NCBI GenBank assembly: GCA_964304625.1
Contig: OZ199839.1
Location: 5,264,898 to 5,328,897 of the forward strand
Direction of reading: 5' to 3'
DNA from: Kudoa neothunni
Taxonomy: Eukaryota; Animalia; Cnidaria
DNA: 64,000 nt
The translations under genes and the position numbers were made by a program. The notes beneath the pieces were generated by a model. The model saw only the letters and a program-made list of their open reading frames with translations. It had not been told where the DNA came from and ran no database searches. This document shows, piece after piece, positions 52,301-64,000 of the stretch. Numbering within the stretch: the stretch's first letter is position 1; each line of letters begins with the position of its first letter.

Positions 52301-54741
52301 AACGCTATTTGGATCATTGTACACCCAAAATGCTAGTGTTAATTGTTTTCGTTGCTTCCCTGCTATTGTGCGGGAAGCTGTGGGCAGTTGTTTGCTGATA
52401 GGATCGGACAAATCATGAGCTTCTCCACAATAAATGTCATCGCTGTATATATGGTCTCGTTTGCTAACATTATTTAATTGATACTTATTAAAACTCAGAT
52501 GGAGTAACGGCTTGTGTAGACTGAAATTGTCGTCCGAGCTTGATACTACACAAATATCATTAATATCATTAACTGAGAATAAATTCAACCAACAAAAATC
52601 ATTACTTCCATAAGCATGAGTTATAATCAAGGAATTATTGATAATACCAATATTACCAAAGCTTTTATGAGTTTGAAAAAACTCAAACAATGGTTTGAAT
52701 GGGTCCTCTAGTTCTTTTTTTAATAAAATCGCCAAGTCAATTACGATTATGCTAGTTTCATTTTGATTTTCGGTCTTGGTTCGAGCTAGACAATCTCTCC
52801 AATCCAATAAGGAGTCCATGATTTGACCATCGTAGGTTTTGTTTAGCTAATGTTAGGAGTGAAAATATCGACAAAGTCAAAACATTACCTCTACCATTAA
52901 ATTATTGGTTTCATTCATAACCCAACCGTCATCAGTTGTATTCTCGGTGCTATTGGTAGCCAACCCGAAGCTCACCATAAATAATTTGCAGGGACAATTT
53001 TCTAATCGAATAGGCTAAAACTTTTTCAACTCTATAACTACAAATTACGTTCAGGACAGCCTTGTTTGTTCGGCCCAACGGCTTCCATAATCTCATCGTA
53101 ACAACAACCATACGTTGAATCCTTGCAATTGATCGACATTGGAATGTCCATTCGACTACAGATGTCCATTAGTTTATCTTGATCTCCACCTTAAAAATCA
53201 AAGTTGAAGTTTTTCTATGGAAATCTGTTACTTTTTAAATTCTCCAACTTCCATGACTCGGACAACACTACCACAGGCGCCATTCTATGGTTGTGGGTTT
53301 CTTCAATGAGGGGTGTCAAAGGATTGACGTCCTCATTATGTTCAACAATTATACGAGCACTTGTGAGATTTAATGGGATAATTTCGTCTGGTTTAGGACT
53401 ATTTAAATAGAATAATAATCGACTTTTTTTGTTCAAATAAATCAAATACGTGATATCTAAGAAAGTAGCGTTGTAACTTTCATGCTGGTTATAAATTTCC
53501 CGTATCTATTCCGATTCGGTCACAATTCAGGTATCAAAACAACAAGCTACTTTGTTTTTTATATCCTTAATAAGTTCGAATTGATGCTCTGAGTCGAACT
53601 GAGCATCCCAAATCTGAACAATAGTAAAACTGATGAGTGTGGTAACTTTGTTATTTTTGGTTGCTGTGGCAGTAGTGTAAACAGAAGGGGGAGTTGTGAC
53701 CGAAGTATCGCTTCTGTTCACAACATCATTGGAAGTGGATTCCCTGTTTGGTTCAGTGTTCACACTGGTAATAAAGTTATCTTTGTAATAAACTAAATTT
53801 TCTATAAAACTTGCATCAAACAGCTTTGGCTACCTTCACACAAGGAAGCACAATGGTCGTACGAGGAAAAAAACACATCAACACCATCATTGCAAAAAGA
53901 ATGGATAAATAACTCGCATTCTTGAGTTGTTCGGTTGAAGTAGTATTTTCTCACCGTTTGGTTGCATGATGGTTCATTGTAGGCTTGAGGCAGCGCTTCA
54001 CACATTGTGATTGGAATCGCTAAAATCCACCCATAAATAAATCATGACCGGTAAGTTTTCAAATCATTACTTTGATTTGCTGGTGAGTTTCCCGATTTCT
54101 CGTCGGAAGGCATAATAGTTGCTGTTGGTTGTTGATGTAATCCGAAATAAGGATTCGAGTCTCGCCATAATGGCAGTGGTGTTGTAGGTGCGGTTGTTGT
54201 GGACCACTCATATTCATATGTAGATTGATTATAGTTTGGGGCGGTTTGGATAGAACTCGTTATAGTCTCGTTAATTTCATTTGTTTTCGAATGTTGATAA
54301 TCATTGTTAAAAACTTGGCCGTAATTCGAGGCAAGATAGTTATAGGTGTTATTTTCGCCTTGATTCATTGGAGTATTGTAGTAATAACTAAAATTTTAAG
54401 TTTTAGATAACTAAGCTCCGCAGTCCATAGTAACTTGTTTCCAAATGGAACCGAAGTAGAATTGTTATCTAAATAGTAGTAGTTGTAGAGGGAACCGTTG
54501 GTGGGGTGTTGCTGTGGTGGGTAGTTGTAGGTAATTGTTGGATATATTGTGTAATTGGTAGTTACATTTTCTCCATTGTAAATAGGATAATCTATTCGAT
54601 ATCATGTTATATCAGTGAATACTTTTCAACTCAACGATAACCTTGATTGAAGAGGGTTTGTTGCGGTAATGCTATACCACAAATAGCCAAAATTATCAAC
54701 GCGGAACGAAGTAGCAATTTCTGGGTTTGGATTTTCACCAT
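40345..54741 (-). CDS. Giant secreted mosaic glycoprotein (~3,700 aa, ~28 exons): Kunitz, SEA-like, lagrin, LamG-like x3, fibrinogen/intelectin-like, TSP1, chitin-binding and ~18 unassigned repeats
   Basis: Signal peptide MVKIQTQKLLLRSALIILAICGIA (ATG at 54741). Consecutive minus-strand ORFs join through frame-consistent GT-AG introns at the junctions checked (mostly 40-55 nt; one of 1,940 nt at 49527-51466). Motifs: 6-Cys Kunitz (~53834-54005), CKDSTYGCC..AVGPNKQGC, WTHIVITFD..LYQDG, VYCDMNTGGGGWELV, HGGYSEWSEWSEC..RSRFCNNPPPKNGG and FCPKKEGLFPDPND..CPTNSAWN. The exact 3' end is uncertain. Confidence 0.85.
43925..43949. repeat. (AT)n microsatellite within an intron
   Basis: About 12 AT units in the ~170-nt intron at ~43837-44006. 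Confidence 0.9.
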
Positions 54742-56984
54742 TTTAAGCCTAAATCAACCAATTTCACAATCCTATTTACCCAACAACAAGTTTAAGAAGG
54801 ATCCTACTTTAAAAACTCAGATAAAGATCTTCGCCAATCTCCTTCTATATCAGTTGATAGATCTGAATCAACTTCACACCTTGAACATTATATTAACAAC
54901 AACATGCAGATAATCACCAGAAAGTGTCAGGGAAACAACAATGTGACCTATTCATACTATTGACCAAAATAGCACGCTAACTTAAGAAACGTTGGTAATT
55001 CCACTTTTCCAGTTCAAAATCAAGACAGAAACAAGTAATCTATTTTATTCATAAAATATGCTGAAATATCAGTGGGTAAATCCGCATTAAACATGTAGTA
55101 AATAAAGGTCGAACCATCCCGTGGGTTGAGTCTTGTCAGCATCTCATTAGCAATGCTGTGAACTATAAACAAAAAGACCACAGCTATTCCAACAATTATC
55201 GGTAACACCTTCGTAGTTTACGTCTAAGTTGGATGGTTGTAATTATTTATTATTGAATTAGTTGTCAGATTTAAATTAGGAGACAACATTTGTTGGTCCA
55301 ATTTGAAAAATTTATATTTTGAATTTCATTAAGTGAATATGCATTCGCTATGTCAAAATGGTTTTAAATTTATAAAAATAATCTTAATAATTTATATTTT
55401 CTTTATTATTACACAACGTATACAACTACAATCATCCATTTAACTCGAAAATATGATGTCATTAGATAAATTGCAGTTCCACGCTGTCTCAAAGTTCTTT
55501 CAGGAAAGTCATAGTGAATTATTAAATTAATTTTTATGGAAAATTTCATTAACTTCCTATTTATTTTTTTTCTTATTAATACAAAATATCTATTTTCGGG
55601 TACCGAAAGTGTGAATCCTTTGAGGGTTGCTTAACTGTTAAATCGAACCCGTTGTGCATGTTTTATTTGTTATATTATTTACATCCAAATAAGTCCAAAC
55701 AAATTCTATTTCACCCAAATATTATTTGTCATGGAAACGACACTTGAACGAAATTAATTCAGTTTCAACCTCCGACCCCTCTTTCTCTCTTGTAATACAT
55801 CAAACATCGCATAATATCCTAACACATAGAACTTACCTCAATTCACAAGAAAATTAGAAAAGTGGGATCTAAAAATAAAAATTTTATACTCACATGATTA
55901 AAGCTGCTACCAATATGATTAATTTATAAAGTGAAAATTTAAACAAGGCTTCGATAATTTCACGCATTTATTCATTAAATTACTCGAGTAATGCGTAATT
56001 TTAAATATTGATATTTATGAGATTAAATCTCAGATTAATATGACGAATAAGGTTACTCTGCTAATTTATCTCAGAAAAATATCTAAACCTATGACTCACA
56101 TTTTTGTAAATAAGTAGGTTTCAAAAATTGCAATGGAATTTATTATTTGTTGTGATATAAATAATACACAACATTATGATAATAATTATAGAATAAACTT
56201 AAAATCATGGATTAAAAAATTAATTTTAATTTCGTGTATTTGTATTATTAAATATTTAACCTCTTCTTGCATAATGTTCATTTAAATTGTGAACGAACAA
56301 CAGGAAAAATTACATGTTTAAGGTTCTCTGTTCTGAATATCTTCTCCAAAATAGTTTTAAAATGTAGCAATTTTTATATATTTAAAAACAAATGAAAAAC
56401 AATTCTAATATACACAAACGTTATACATATGCATTACAAAATTTGAAATAAACTTTTTTTAACGATGCAGTTTACTATAATAAGTAATTTTATTTTATTC
56501 CGTAAAAGACTTTTATTAAAATATAATTTTTTTATAGTTTAAAAATATCCTTATATATATATGAAAAGTTGGGAAGTTCATTTAAAAATTTATTCAAGGA
56601 ATATTGTTGTTTATTATCTAATCAATCATTATTTTAGTTGTATATATTTTCTTCAGGGAGAAAAATATATGCACAAAAAATTGATCGATTTAAGCATATT
56701 GATTATATTAAGCCATTGCTTACAAATCAGACGCAAAATGAATTTTCGATGCATTTAAAGTCTAATTGAAACTTTTATGTAGTTGTGATGTATACGAATG
56801 GCACTTTTATTTAATTTTTATTTTGTCCTATAATGCAATGGTAACGATTGATAATTTTTTGGAGGAATTTAACTTTTTAACTCGTTGAATTAAACTTGTT
56901 TAAATATTTTATTAACTTGAGACAGAAAACAAAAATTTAGATATGAGATGTTAACATAAATAATTTATTACTTTACAGCCAATT

Positions 56985-58451
56985 ATTGGTTGCCAGACGA
57001 TTTTTGTAAATCTTACCAAATAGTACCAAAAAATTTAAAACCCTACTAAAATTATAAAAATGCACCATATTTTAAAAATAGAACAAAAATAGCGTTATAG
57101 TAACATAAAACTAATCGAAACAGAAAAGGTTATTGACAAGGTCTGTTTATTTATTTAAATGTTAATTCGTTATCATTGTCCTCCTCATATAGTTATATAT
57201 TTTCCATCATTTTAGCTGATTGGCCAGGTGTATTCAATCTCATGCAAATAGGGTCTCTCAAAAAATATCCAGAATATAGGGGGAGCATTTATTGTTTCAT
57301 CTTTCAATAAAGAACTGTTTTTTAACTTAAGTTATTTGCTAATGGAGGTAATCTGTCTTCAGATCTGGATAAATGAGGCAAAGCAATAAAGACAACATTA
57401 ATTCTAACAGTAATGGGTACTAAAATATTTCTTACTTCTTTCATTCGAGACCACATACCAAAATTTATCTGGTTCTTTTTCGATGTAATGACCATTATTC
57501 TCCAGGTTATGTTCTATTTATTCAATATCCAAATTTAAATGCCCATTTTCAGCAATACTATTTGGAAATCACTTAGGGGAGTATAATGGAATGGGGTTTC
57601 CTTCGCTAACATTTGCAGGATGAAATGCTTCAAGTGATTGTAACTTCATTAATTTTGCGATGATAAATAACTTTTGAAATGTGAGTTTTGAAAGTAGTAA
57701 ATTGAAATCCAGAGTTTTGGTAGGAAAGTGAGCAAGATCTTGCGTACTTATTTCAATAATGTTTTTGTTCTAAACGGATTTTTCTTTCGGTTCATATTAA
57801 AACTTATACGAGGAGTATAATTTGAGGGGTTTTTAAAATTTATGCTACAGAAGGTGCTATTTTTTGATCATACTTCTTCTCAATAAATAAAAAGTTTTAC
57901 TTTAATAATATTTTCAAAAGAATTCCTCAACTTATGAACTCTAAACTCTCACCTTATAATTCAACGTTGAGTTTATTGACTATGGGTAAGTTAAAGTTAA
58001 AAAAAGCGTATTACATTTTATTTATGGTTTTAAAGAGAGATGAAAATATTCTTAATGCGAGTTCGTAACTGTTTTCTGATGTTCCTACCTTGAGAAACGT
58101 TGCAAGGACCGTCCATTCTTCCAATATTTTTTTAAAAACATGCTCGTGAGACAACCATCTGTTGCAGCAGGGATACAATATCTTCGGATACTCGATGCCA
58201 ATTAAAATTGGTAATTCGTCATAATCATTTCGAAGTTTTGAGATTTTTGAGAGATATGAGTGGATATTTTGCGCTAAGTCTTCTAACACATAAGTTCATT
58301 AAGTGGCATGCACTTTTAATAATTTTATCTCGAAACTCGTTGACCTTACAAAGTAACAACTTTTTCGAAGTCACACCAAAGTACGAATACCTTTATTTAA
58401 GGCGAAAAACGTACCATTCTGTTATGTTTTGTACCAACGCTGGCAACCTTG
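56985..58451 (-). mobile_element. Decayed hAT (Tip100-like) transposon
   Basis: Inverted ends GGTTGCCAG / CTGGCAACC. Relic ORF 58011-58289 carries NRWLS..KILEEW, matching the hAT TRWLS motif. Confidence 0.65.
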
Positions 58452-59554
58452 ATTTGAATGAGTTTGTTTGATAACATCATACTCAATCCAATATTAATCA
58501 TTCAAATCTAAAATATAAATGCGAAATATCGATATTTATTTATACGCATATTGTTTAACGCAATAAACTCAAACTGAATATTATAATACCTAAAAATTTT
58601 GTTATTGCAATACCGACTCAAAATATAATTCACTCATTTATTTTTTTTACGTTTTGAATTTGTAAAACATTTTTAATGATTTTTTTAAGAAAGCTAATAA
58701 ATAAAAATTAATTGGTACAACGAAAATAGGAATTTAGTAATATATTTGTTAACAAATCATTTTGTTCGCCTTATTTTTTAGTCACCTAATATTTAAATTA
58801 TTGACACAGCACGTTATTTGATATATTTACAATCAACTATTATTTGTTCTATTAACTATTTTATAATGTATGAATATATACTTTTAAGGAGAAATGAAAT
58901 TTATTAATATATTTTTCTAATTTTTGTTGAAACCCTATCAATGAAAAATATTCAGAAGACTGTTCTAAGATAATAAATTCGCTTTAATAATTAATAAATT
59001 GCTAATTCCTCAATATTTACAAAAAATCATATCAGAATCAGAAACAAATCATAATCTGTTACTGCATCAATGACAATCAGCGGACTTGATGAAATAATTT
59101 TTTTATACTCGTATTCCCCTAATTTACCAACTTTAGAATAGTTCAGTTATTTTTAACATTTTTGTATGTATAATATAACTGACACAAAAAATAATATTTA
59201 AACCGAATTCAGAAGTTTTTCATTTAAAATAATAAATATTTTTATTTATATAAACAAAATTTTTTTAGAATTTTAATACACTTTCAAGCTATTTTCTAAT
59301 CGAGAAATTTAATAAAAATATTTATTAATTACTAAAAATCTATAAAGAGAAAACGTTAAAATGTATGGCATGGAGTCTATGTAGACACCCTTTCGCTACT
59401 CTACGTTCCGGGAGGTTTAAATGTACGTTGGATTAAATAAAAAATATTGAACCAAATGCACCATCGAATCAATCAAGATATTGGATTAAATTTTATATTT
59501 TTATAGTCGGACACAAAAGCTAAAATAATCTATTGCTCCAAACTACTTCTAGAT

Positions 59555-60640
59555 CAGTGGTTCTTAACCTTTCACGTTTACGGATCCCTAATGCTTTCTA
59601 GGAACTTAACACGGATCCCATTGTGTTTTTATGCATAATCCGAACATACATATGTGTACAAACTAAAATTATTTATCTAATATCCCCTAATTAATTAAAA
59701 TATTTTTTATATAAATTAATTATATGGTGGTTTTGTTTTAAAATAAGTATTAACAATTTTTAATCACTGAGAAACTTTAATCACTAAGGTACGAATTATT
59801 TTTAGTATTAAAAAATAAACATCGGTGAAATCCTCCCCAGTAATTTTATTATAAATAAATTATTAAAACTCTAACAAAGTATAGAAATTGACGCATAATA
59901 CATATAAATAAAATATTTAGTAAAAGTTATTGAATTAATATGAAAATACACACACTTTAAAAAAGAAAATACATTAAAAAATATTTTCAGCGAATACGTT
60001 CTTGTAAATATCGAAATATTTTTGCTACATAAAATATCCATTTTGGTTAATTATTTTTTTTATTGAAGTAAAGTTCAACGAAGCAGGAATCATTATATTA
60101 TAGAATACAAATTCAATACAAGAAACATATTCCTTATATTAATATTAAAAATTAAAAGAATATATAATGAGATTTCCGTAGTTGGTTCTTATCAATAAGC
60201 TCGGGGCGATTTGAATAATTATTTGAAGAGTGCAGCTCATAATTGATTTTGTGACTTTGTTTTTATAGTAACCAGCGTGGAAACTTAGATTCTCAAAAAA
60301 AGGTTGTTGTAGAAGGGGTAATCATTCCAATTGCAAAATTTGCAACATTACGAAATATTTTTTATAAAACTTATAGTTTCTGTGAAATAACTTAGTAAAT
60401 AACTTTTATTTTTATAGAACCTATTATAGAATAAATGTAAACACAAGGAAATTTTGTAGCATATATAATTTTGATAAGAAACATTGACGCAATGGTATAT
60501 TTGAAATTTTTAATAATTACGCCAATACTAAAAAGTACCAAATTATATTGAATATTTGTTAATAAAATTGGATTAAAATTTTATTGAAAATACTCCCAGA
60601 CCCCCTTGGCGGTATGTGAACCCCAAGTTAAGAGCCACTG
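59555..60640 (-). mobile_element. Internally deleted hAT Charlie/Buster element
   Basis: TIRs CAGTGGTTCTTAAC / GTTAAGAGCCACTG, 8-bp target TTCTAGAT / CTCTAGAC (NTCTAGAN), and a dimerisation-domain relic around 60240-60330. Confidence 0.8.
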
Positions 60641-60897
60641 CTCTAGACCTATAGATGTCCCGAAACTATAACTTATTTTAAAAATAATCTACCCTTCTAT
60701 AACATGAAATGAGTTGTATGTTGACATACAATATTCGTGAAATAATTTCTAATTCACAAAATAAAGACACGATGAAGGCGCTCAAAGATCGTTTAAATGC
60801 GCAATAAACTGATCATGTCCGATAATAGAAACACATTTTTAGAATGAAAAATTTTAGGTAGACGGTTAACGAAAAACTTTTATGATATCATCTATAG

Positions 60898-61873
60898 TTA
60901 GGATCCACGTGAGAAAATGATATAATATTCTCTAATTTTATCGAATCCAGAAATCACACCAGCACCAGCGACTCCACGCAATATATTGGCCCCAGCGCCT
61001 TTCATAAGCACATTGGTACCTTCATTTTTGACAATGTGTGTAAAGCAATCGAGACTATTTTTGTATTTGACTGCATTTCCAGAAGTCATCATCATTCGTC
61101 TTCGCACAGTGTCAATCGGATAGCTGCACAGGCCAGAAACAACAGTAACCAAATAGGCCAAACCAAAGGCGACTCTAAAATCGATACTGTCCTTCATGAG
61201 GATTGGTCTTGCGGTGTCATATAAACCAAAATAGAGACCACGATAGATGGCAATGCCAACACATGAGATAATAAATCCGCGATACAGCCCAGCAATGCCA
61301 TCAGAGGCCAATGTCTTTTTGTAAACATCAACGATTCCATTGAATTGTCGTTCGCCTCCTTTTGCAGATTTGGCGTCATTTGCAAGACGTGTTCTCGCAT
61401 AATCCAACGAATACACAAAACATAACGATAAAGATCCAGCAGCACCGCCAGAGGCAATGTTGGTGAAGAGCTTTTTGTTGAATGAGTCGGTGGGTTTGAT
61501 GACAAAAGTCTGTTTGATTTTGCCGTTGAAAGAAAAGTTCAACGCCTGGGTGGGAAAGTAACGAATAACATTGGCCAAATTTCCACGCCAAAAAGGCATC
61601 AAACCCTCGCTCTTAAATGTACGCATAGTACAGTCAATCACACCATTGTACGGCTTGTCCAATCGTCCTTGTTTGATCATCTCATGTTGGTTTTGGACCA
61701 ACAATTTCACTCGTTCGATTGGTGCAGCAACAGTTTTTGAGATAATCGCAGCGGCACCACTCAGTCCAAAATTCTCCGTAAAAGTTAATCTGCTGTCATC
61801 CTTAAGACTATTACATTGCAATTAAATAGATAACTCCGCGAAAATTTAAAAAAAACCCTTACGACTCGCTCAT
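60898..61873 (-). CDS. ANT: Mitochondrial ADP/ATP carrier (ANT/AAC, SLC25), 2 exons
   Basis: [38 protein letters not shown] and the signature RRRMMM. The 11-nt first coding exon ATGAGCGAGTC (61873-61863) is followed by a 55-nt intron at 61808-61862. Confidence 0.97.
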
Positions 61874-62498
61874 TTATGATTCACTCCGGCAGCGCACGCA
61901 TTTGCTCTCGCTTCATAACAACCGGATTAATATTTTGAATTTCGTCCACATTAGGACCACATAACAACATAAAACTAGGTGTGAATGAGTTTAATATTAA
62001 ATTATAAAATTATATCATCAATATTAACGCAAATGCATTGGATGGGAGTGTGTATTTCGATCGGCATCAAGTGCTCAAAATAAGTAATCCAGATTTAAAT
62101 TTAATTACTCGTGAATAGTGTTTTAGCATTATTTTAGTTTAAATATTATTCCATTATTATTTTAATATCGTTAACATAGTAGAATGAATTTATTTAATTA
62201 TTATTCTTTTTATAATAGTAAACGTTATTTGATTACCGATTATAGGTACTTATGAAACACTCAAGTTGATCATTTATTAAAGTTTTGTCAAACGAATACT
62301 TATCACCTAACATTATAATATAGTTTCGCAATTGATTGGTCTCTAAACTCTATTTTAATAAGTTCGTGGATTAACAAGATTAAATGTAAAGGATTAAAAT
62401 TTGAATTAATCGAGACCTGTAAGATTCTTTATTTTTTGTTACGTCAACGATTGTTTTATATTATTCGATTAAAATTTGTTGTCACAATTTTTTAATTA

Positions 62499-62833
62499 CA
62501 GTGCAACCTCGGACTTCAACCATAATCCGTTCTAGAAGTGTGTTCGAACTCCGAATAATTTTTTCCCCTGCAAAATAATGAAAATTAGTTTAATCCATTA
62601 CAGCGCATTAAATAGATAACTATTTTTATTCTTATTTATGAAAAGACATGCATACCTTGTGATTATAAAATATTACAAATAAATATTTATTGAGTCACTT
62701 ACGAAAGATCATAGAGAGTTCCCTTCCTTCTCTGTTTTTCCACAACTGGATTTGTTCTGAATATCCCTTCTATGTGTTCGATCTCAAAAGTGTTCTGACT
62801 CTAAATTTATTGTCAAACTTCGAGGTTGCATTG
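62499..62833. mobile_element. Tigger/pogo-type MITE (335 bp)
   Basis: TA|CAGTGCAACCTCG ... CGAGGTTGCATTG|TA (12/13 TIR match, TA TSD). Confidence 0.8.
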
Positions 62834-64000
62834 TATTTTCTTATTTAAATTTTTGGCTGTGATTTTTGGAAATATTCTCAAAATGTATTATTTATTAAAC
62901 TACTTAAAAATCTATCTTTATTTAGATATTTTTTCATAAATTAGCAATTGATTTTAAAATTTACGCAGAACCCTGTTTTTCGTCGGAAGCCTTAATTATT
63001 AATTTGAATTCTTATTCAACAATATTTTTTGTACGAGTTTATTGTAATATATCCGATAATCTAAAAATTCATTTTTATAAGTTCAGTTGTGTTATATTAT
63101 AATTAAAAATAAAAAATAATATACATAAAACTTTATTCAGCATGATTATTCAACATAATAAGAAAAATAACAAAAATTGACTTGGTCTATGCGTGTTGAT
63201 TTCCTTAGCGTGTATGAAGATAACCACTTTTGCTAACCTCTCAAAATAAGGATAATCTGGTGAAAATCAGTAATAATAATTATTATTTTGGTGAATAATT
63301 CGAGTTTCGCGACAATGCGGTGATGTCGAAGTAATAGTCTTGGTATACTTTTTAAAATTGATACAGTAATTGTTATATATCTTAAATTATTAGAATGTAT
63401 GTAAAAATCCGTCTAAAAATTACTGCACGGGTGTAATTATCTCACACACTAAAACTACCATATTATAGACATCCGAAAATTTATCTACTATATTATTATC
63501 TAAGCAACAAAAACAACGAACAAGTAAACATTATTCCAGGGCATGTATCTGAAGCAAAATAAATTTGTTGGCTCAATAGATAATCCGAGGAAGTTTCATA
63601 AACAATAAATTAGAATTAATTTAATAATGTTTCATTATTTAGGGTAATATTACTATTTAACGTTTCTATCGGTGAAATAATTAATAAAACAAGGAATAGG
63701 CAATCAGATTGAATATATATAAATATTCTAGTGGATGTGAAAAAAGTTCATTTTCCTTATCACCAATAAAAAACTAATTAATTTATTTTCGTAAAAAACT
63801 GACATATACATTAAAATAAATGCAAACGATATTAATAATAATTGGTAAAAATAAAATGATATATAAAAAATTAAAAAATATTTGTTAATTATTACTGAAA
63901 TTTAATAAGGGGTTTTATAAATTTGTGGAAATTTTCGTCAAAATGCAATAAAATTTAAATATTCAAACCCTTATTCAATGTAACCATGAACTCGTAAAGT

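Noticed and set aside
55020-55208. Hydrophobic 62-aa minus-strand ORF upstream of the giant gene
   Set aside because: GTG start and intron-like composition; more likely the spliced 5' UTR of the giant gene, which has its own signal peptide at 54741.
60898-61873. Fungal contamination or HGT origin of the ADP/ATP carrier
   Set aside because: It has a host-style short intron and host-like flanks, and this AAC subtype is known in invertebrate animals.
1-64000. CRISPR arrays, tRNA/rRNA genes, alternative genetic code
   Set aside because: No repeat-spacer arrays or recognisable RNA genes were seen by eye, and conserved genes translate correctly with the standard code once introns are removed.

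Overview
AT-rich eukaryotic nuclear DNA. Genes are fast-evolving with mostly 40-70 nt GT-AG introns, and the spacers between them are full of transposons. The domain repertoire and gene architecture best fit a reduced metazoan parasite such as a myxozoan cnidarian (inference, not shown). Spliced genes reconstructed by eye: a divergent CD39/NTPDase-like type I membrane protein with one broken junction (2123-4152, -); a WDHD1/AND-1/Ctf4 orthologue apparently reduced to its SepB domain (12585-14609, -); FTSJ3/SPB1 (19112-21773, +); an orphan protein with several SIM-like and UIM-like motifs and a Cys/His finger (27187-29442, +); a small secreted Ly6/three-finger protein missed by the ORF track (36449-36970, +); NSRP1/CCDC55 (37106-38446, -); a giant (~3,700 aa, ~28 exon) secreted mosaic protein (40345-54741, -); and a fungal/plant-type ADP/ATP carrier (60898-61873, -). 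The giant protein combines Kunitz, SEA-like, lagrin, 3x LamG-like, fibrinogen/intelectin-like, TSP1 and chitin-binding modules with about 18 copies of an unassigned ~95-aa beta-rich repeat. Mobile DNA includes an intact 3,911-bp Ty3/Gypsy element with identical 117-bp LTRs whose single ORF starts in the 5' LTR and stops in the 3' LTR. Decayed Merlin, piggyBac, pogo/Tigger, hAT and Helitron elements are also present, some nested or in tandem. The two strongest novelty candidates are the minimal retrotransposon and the giant extracellular protein with its repeat domain. All gene models are manual and lack transcript support.
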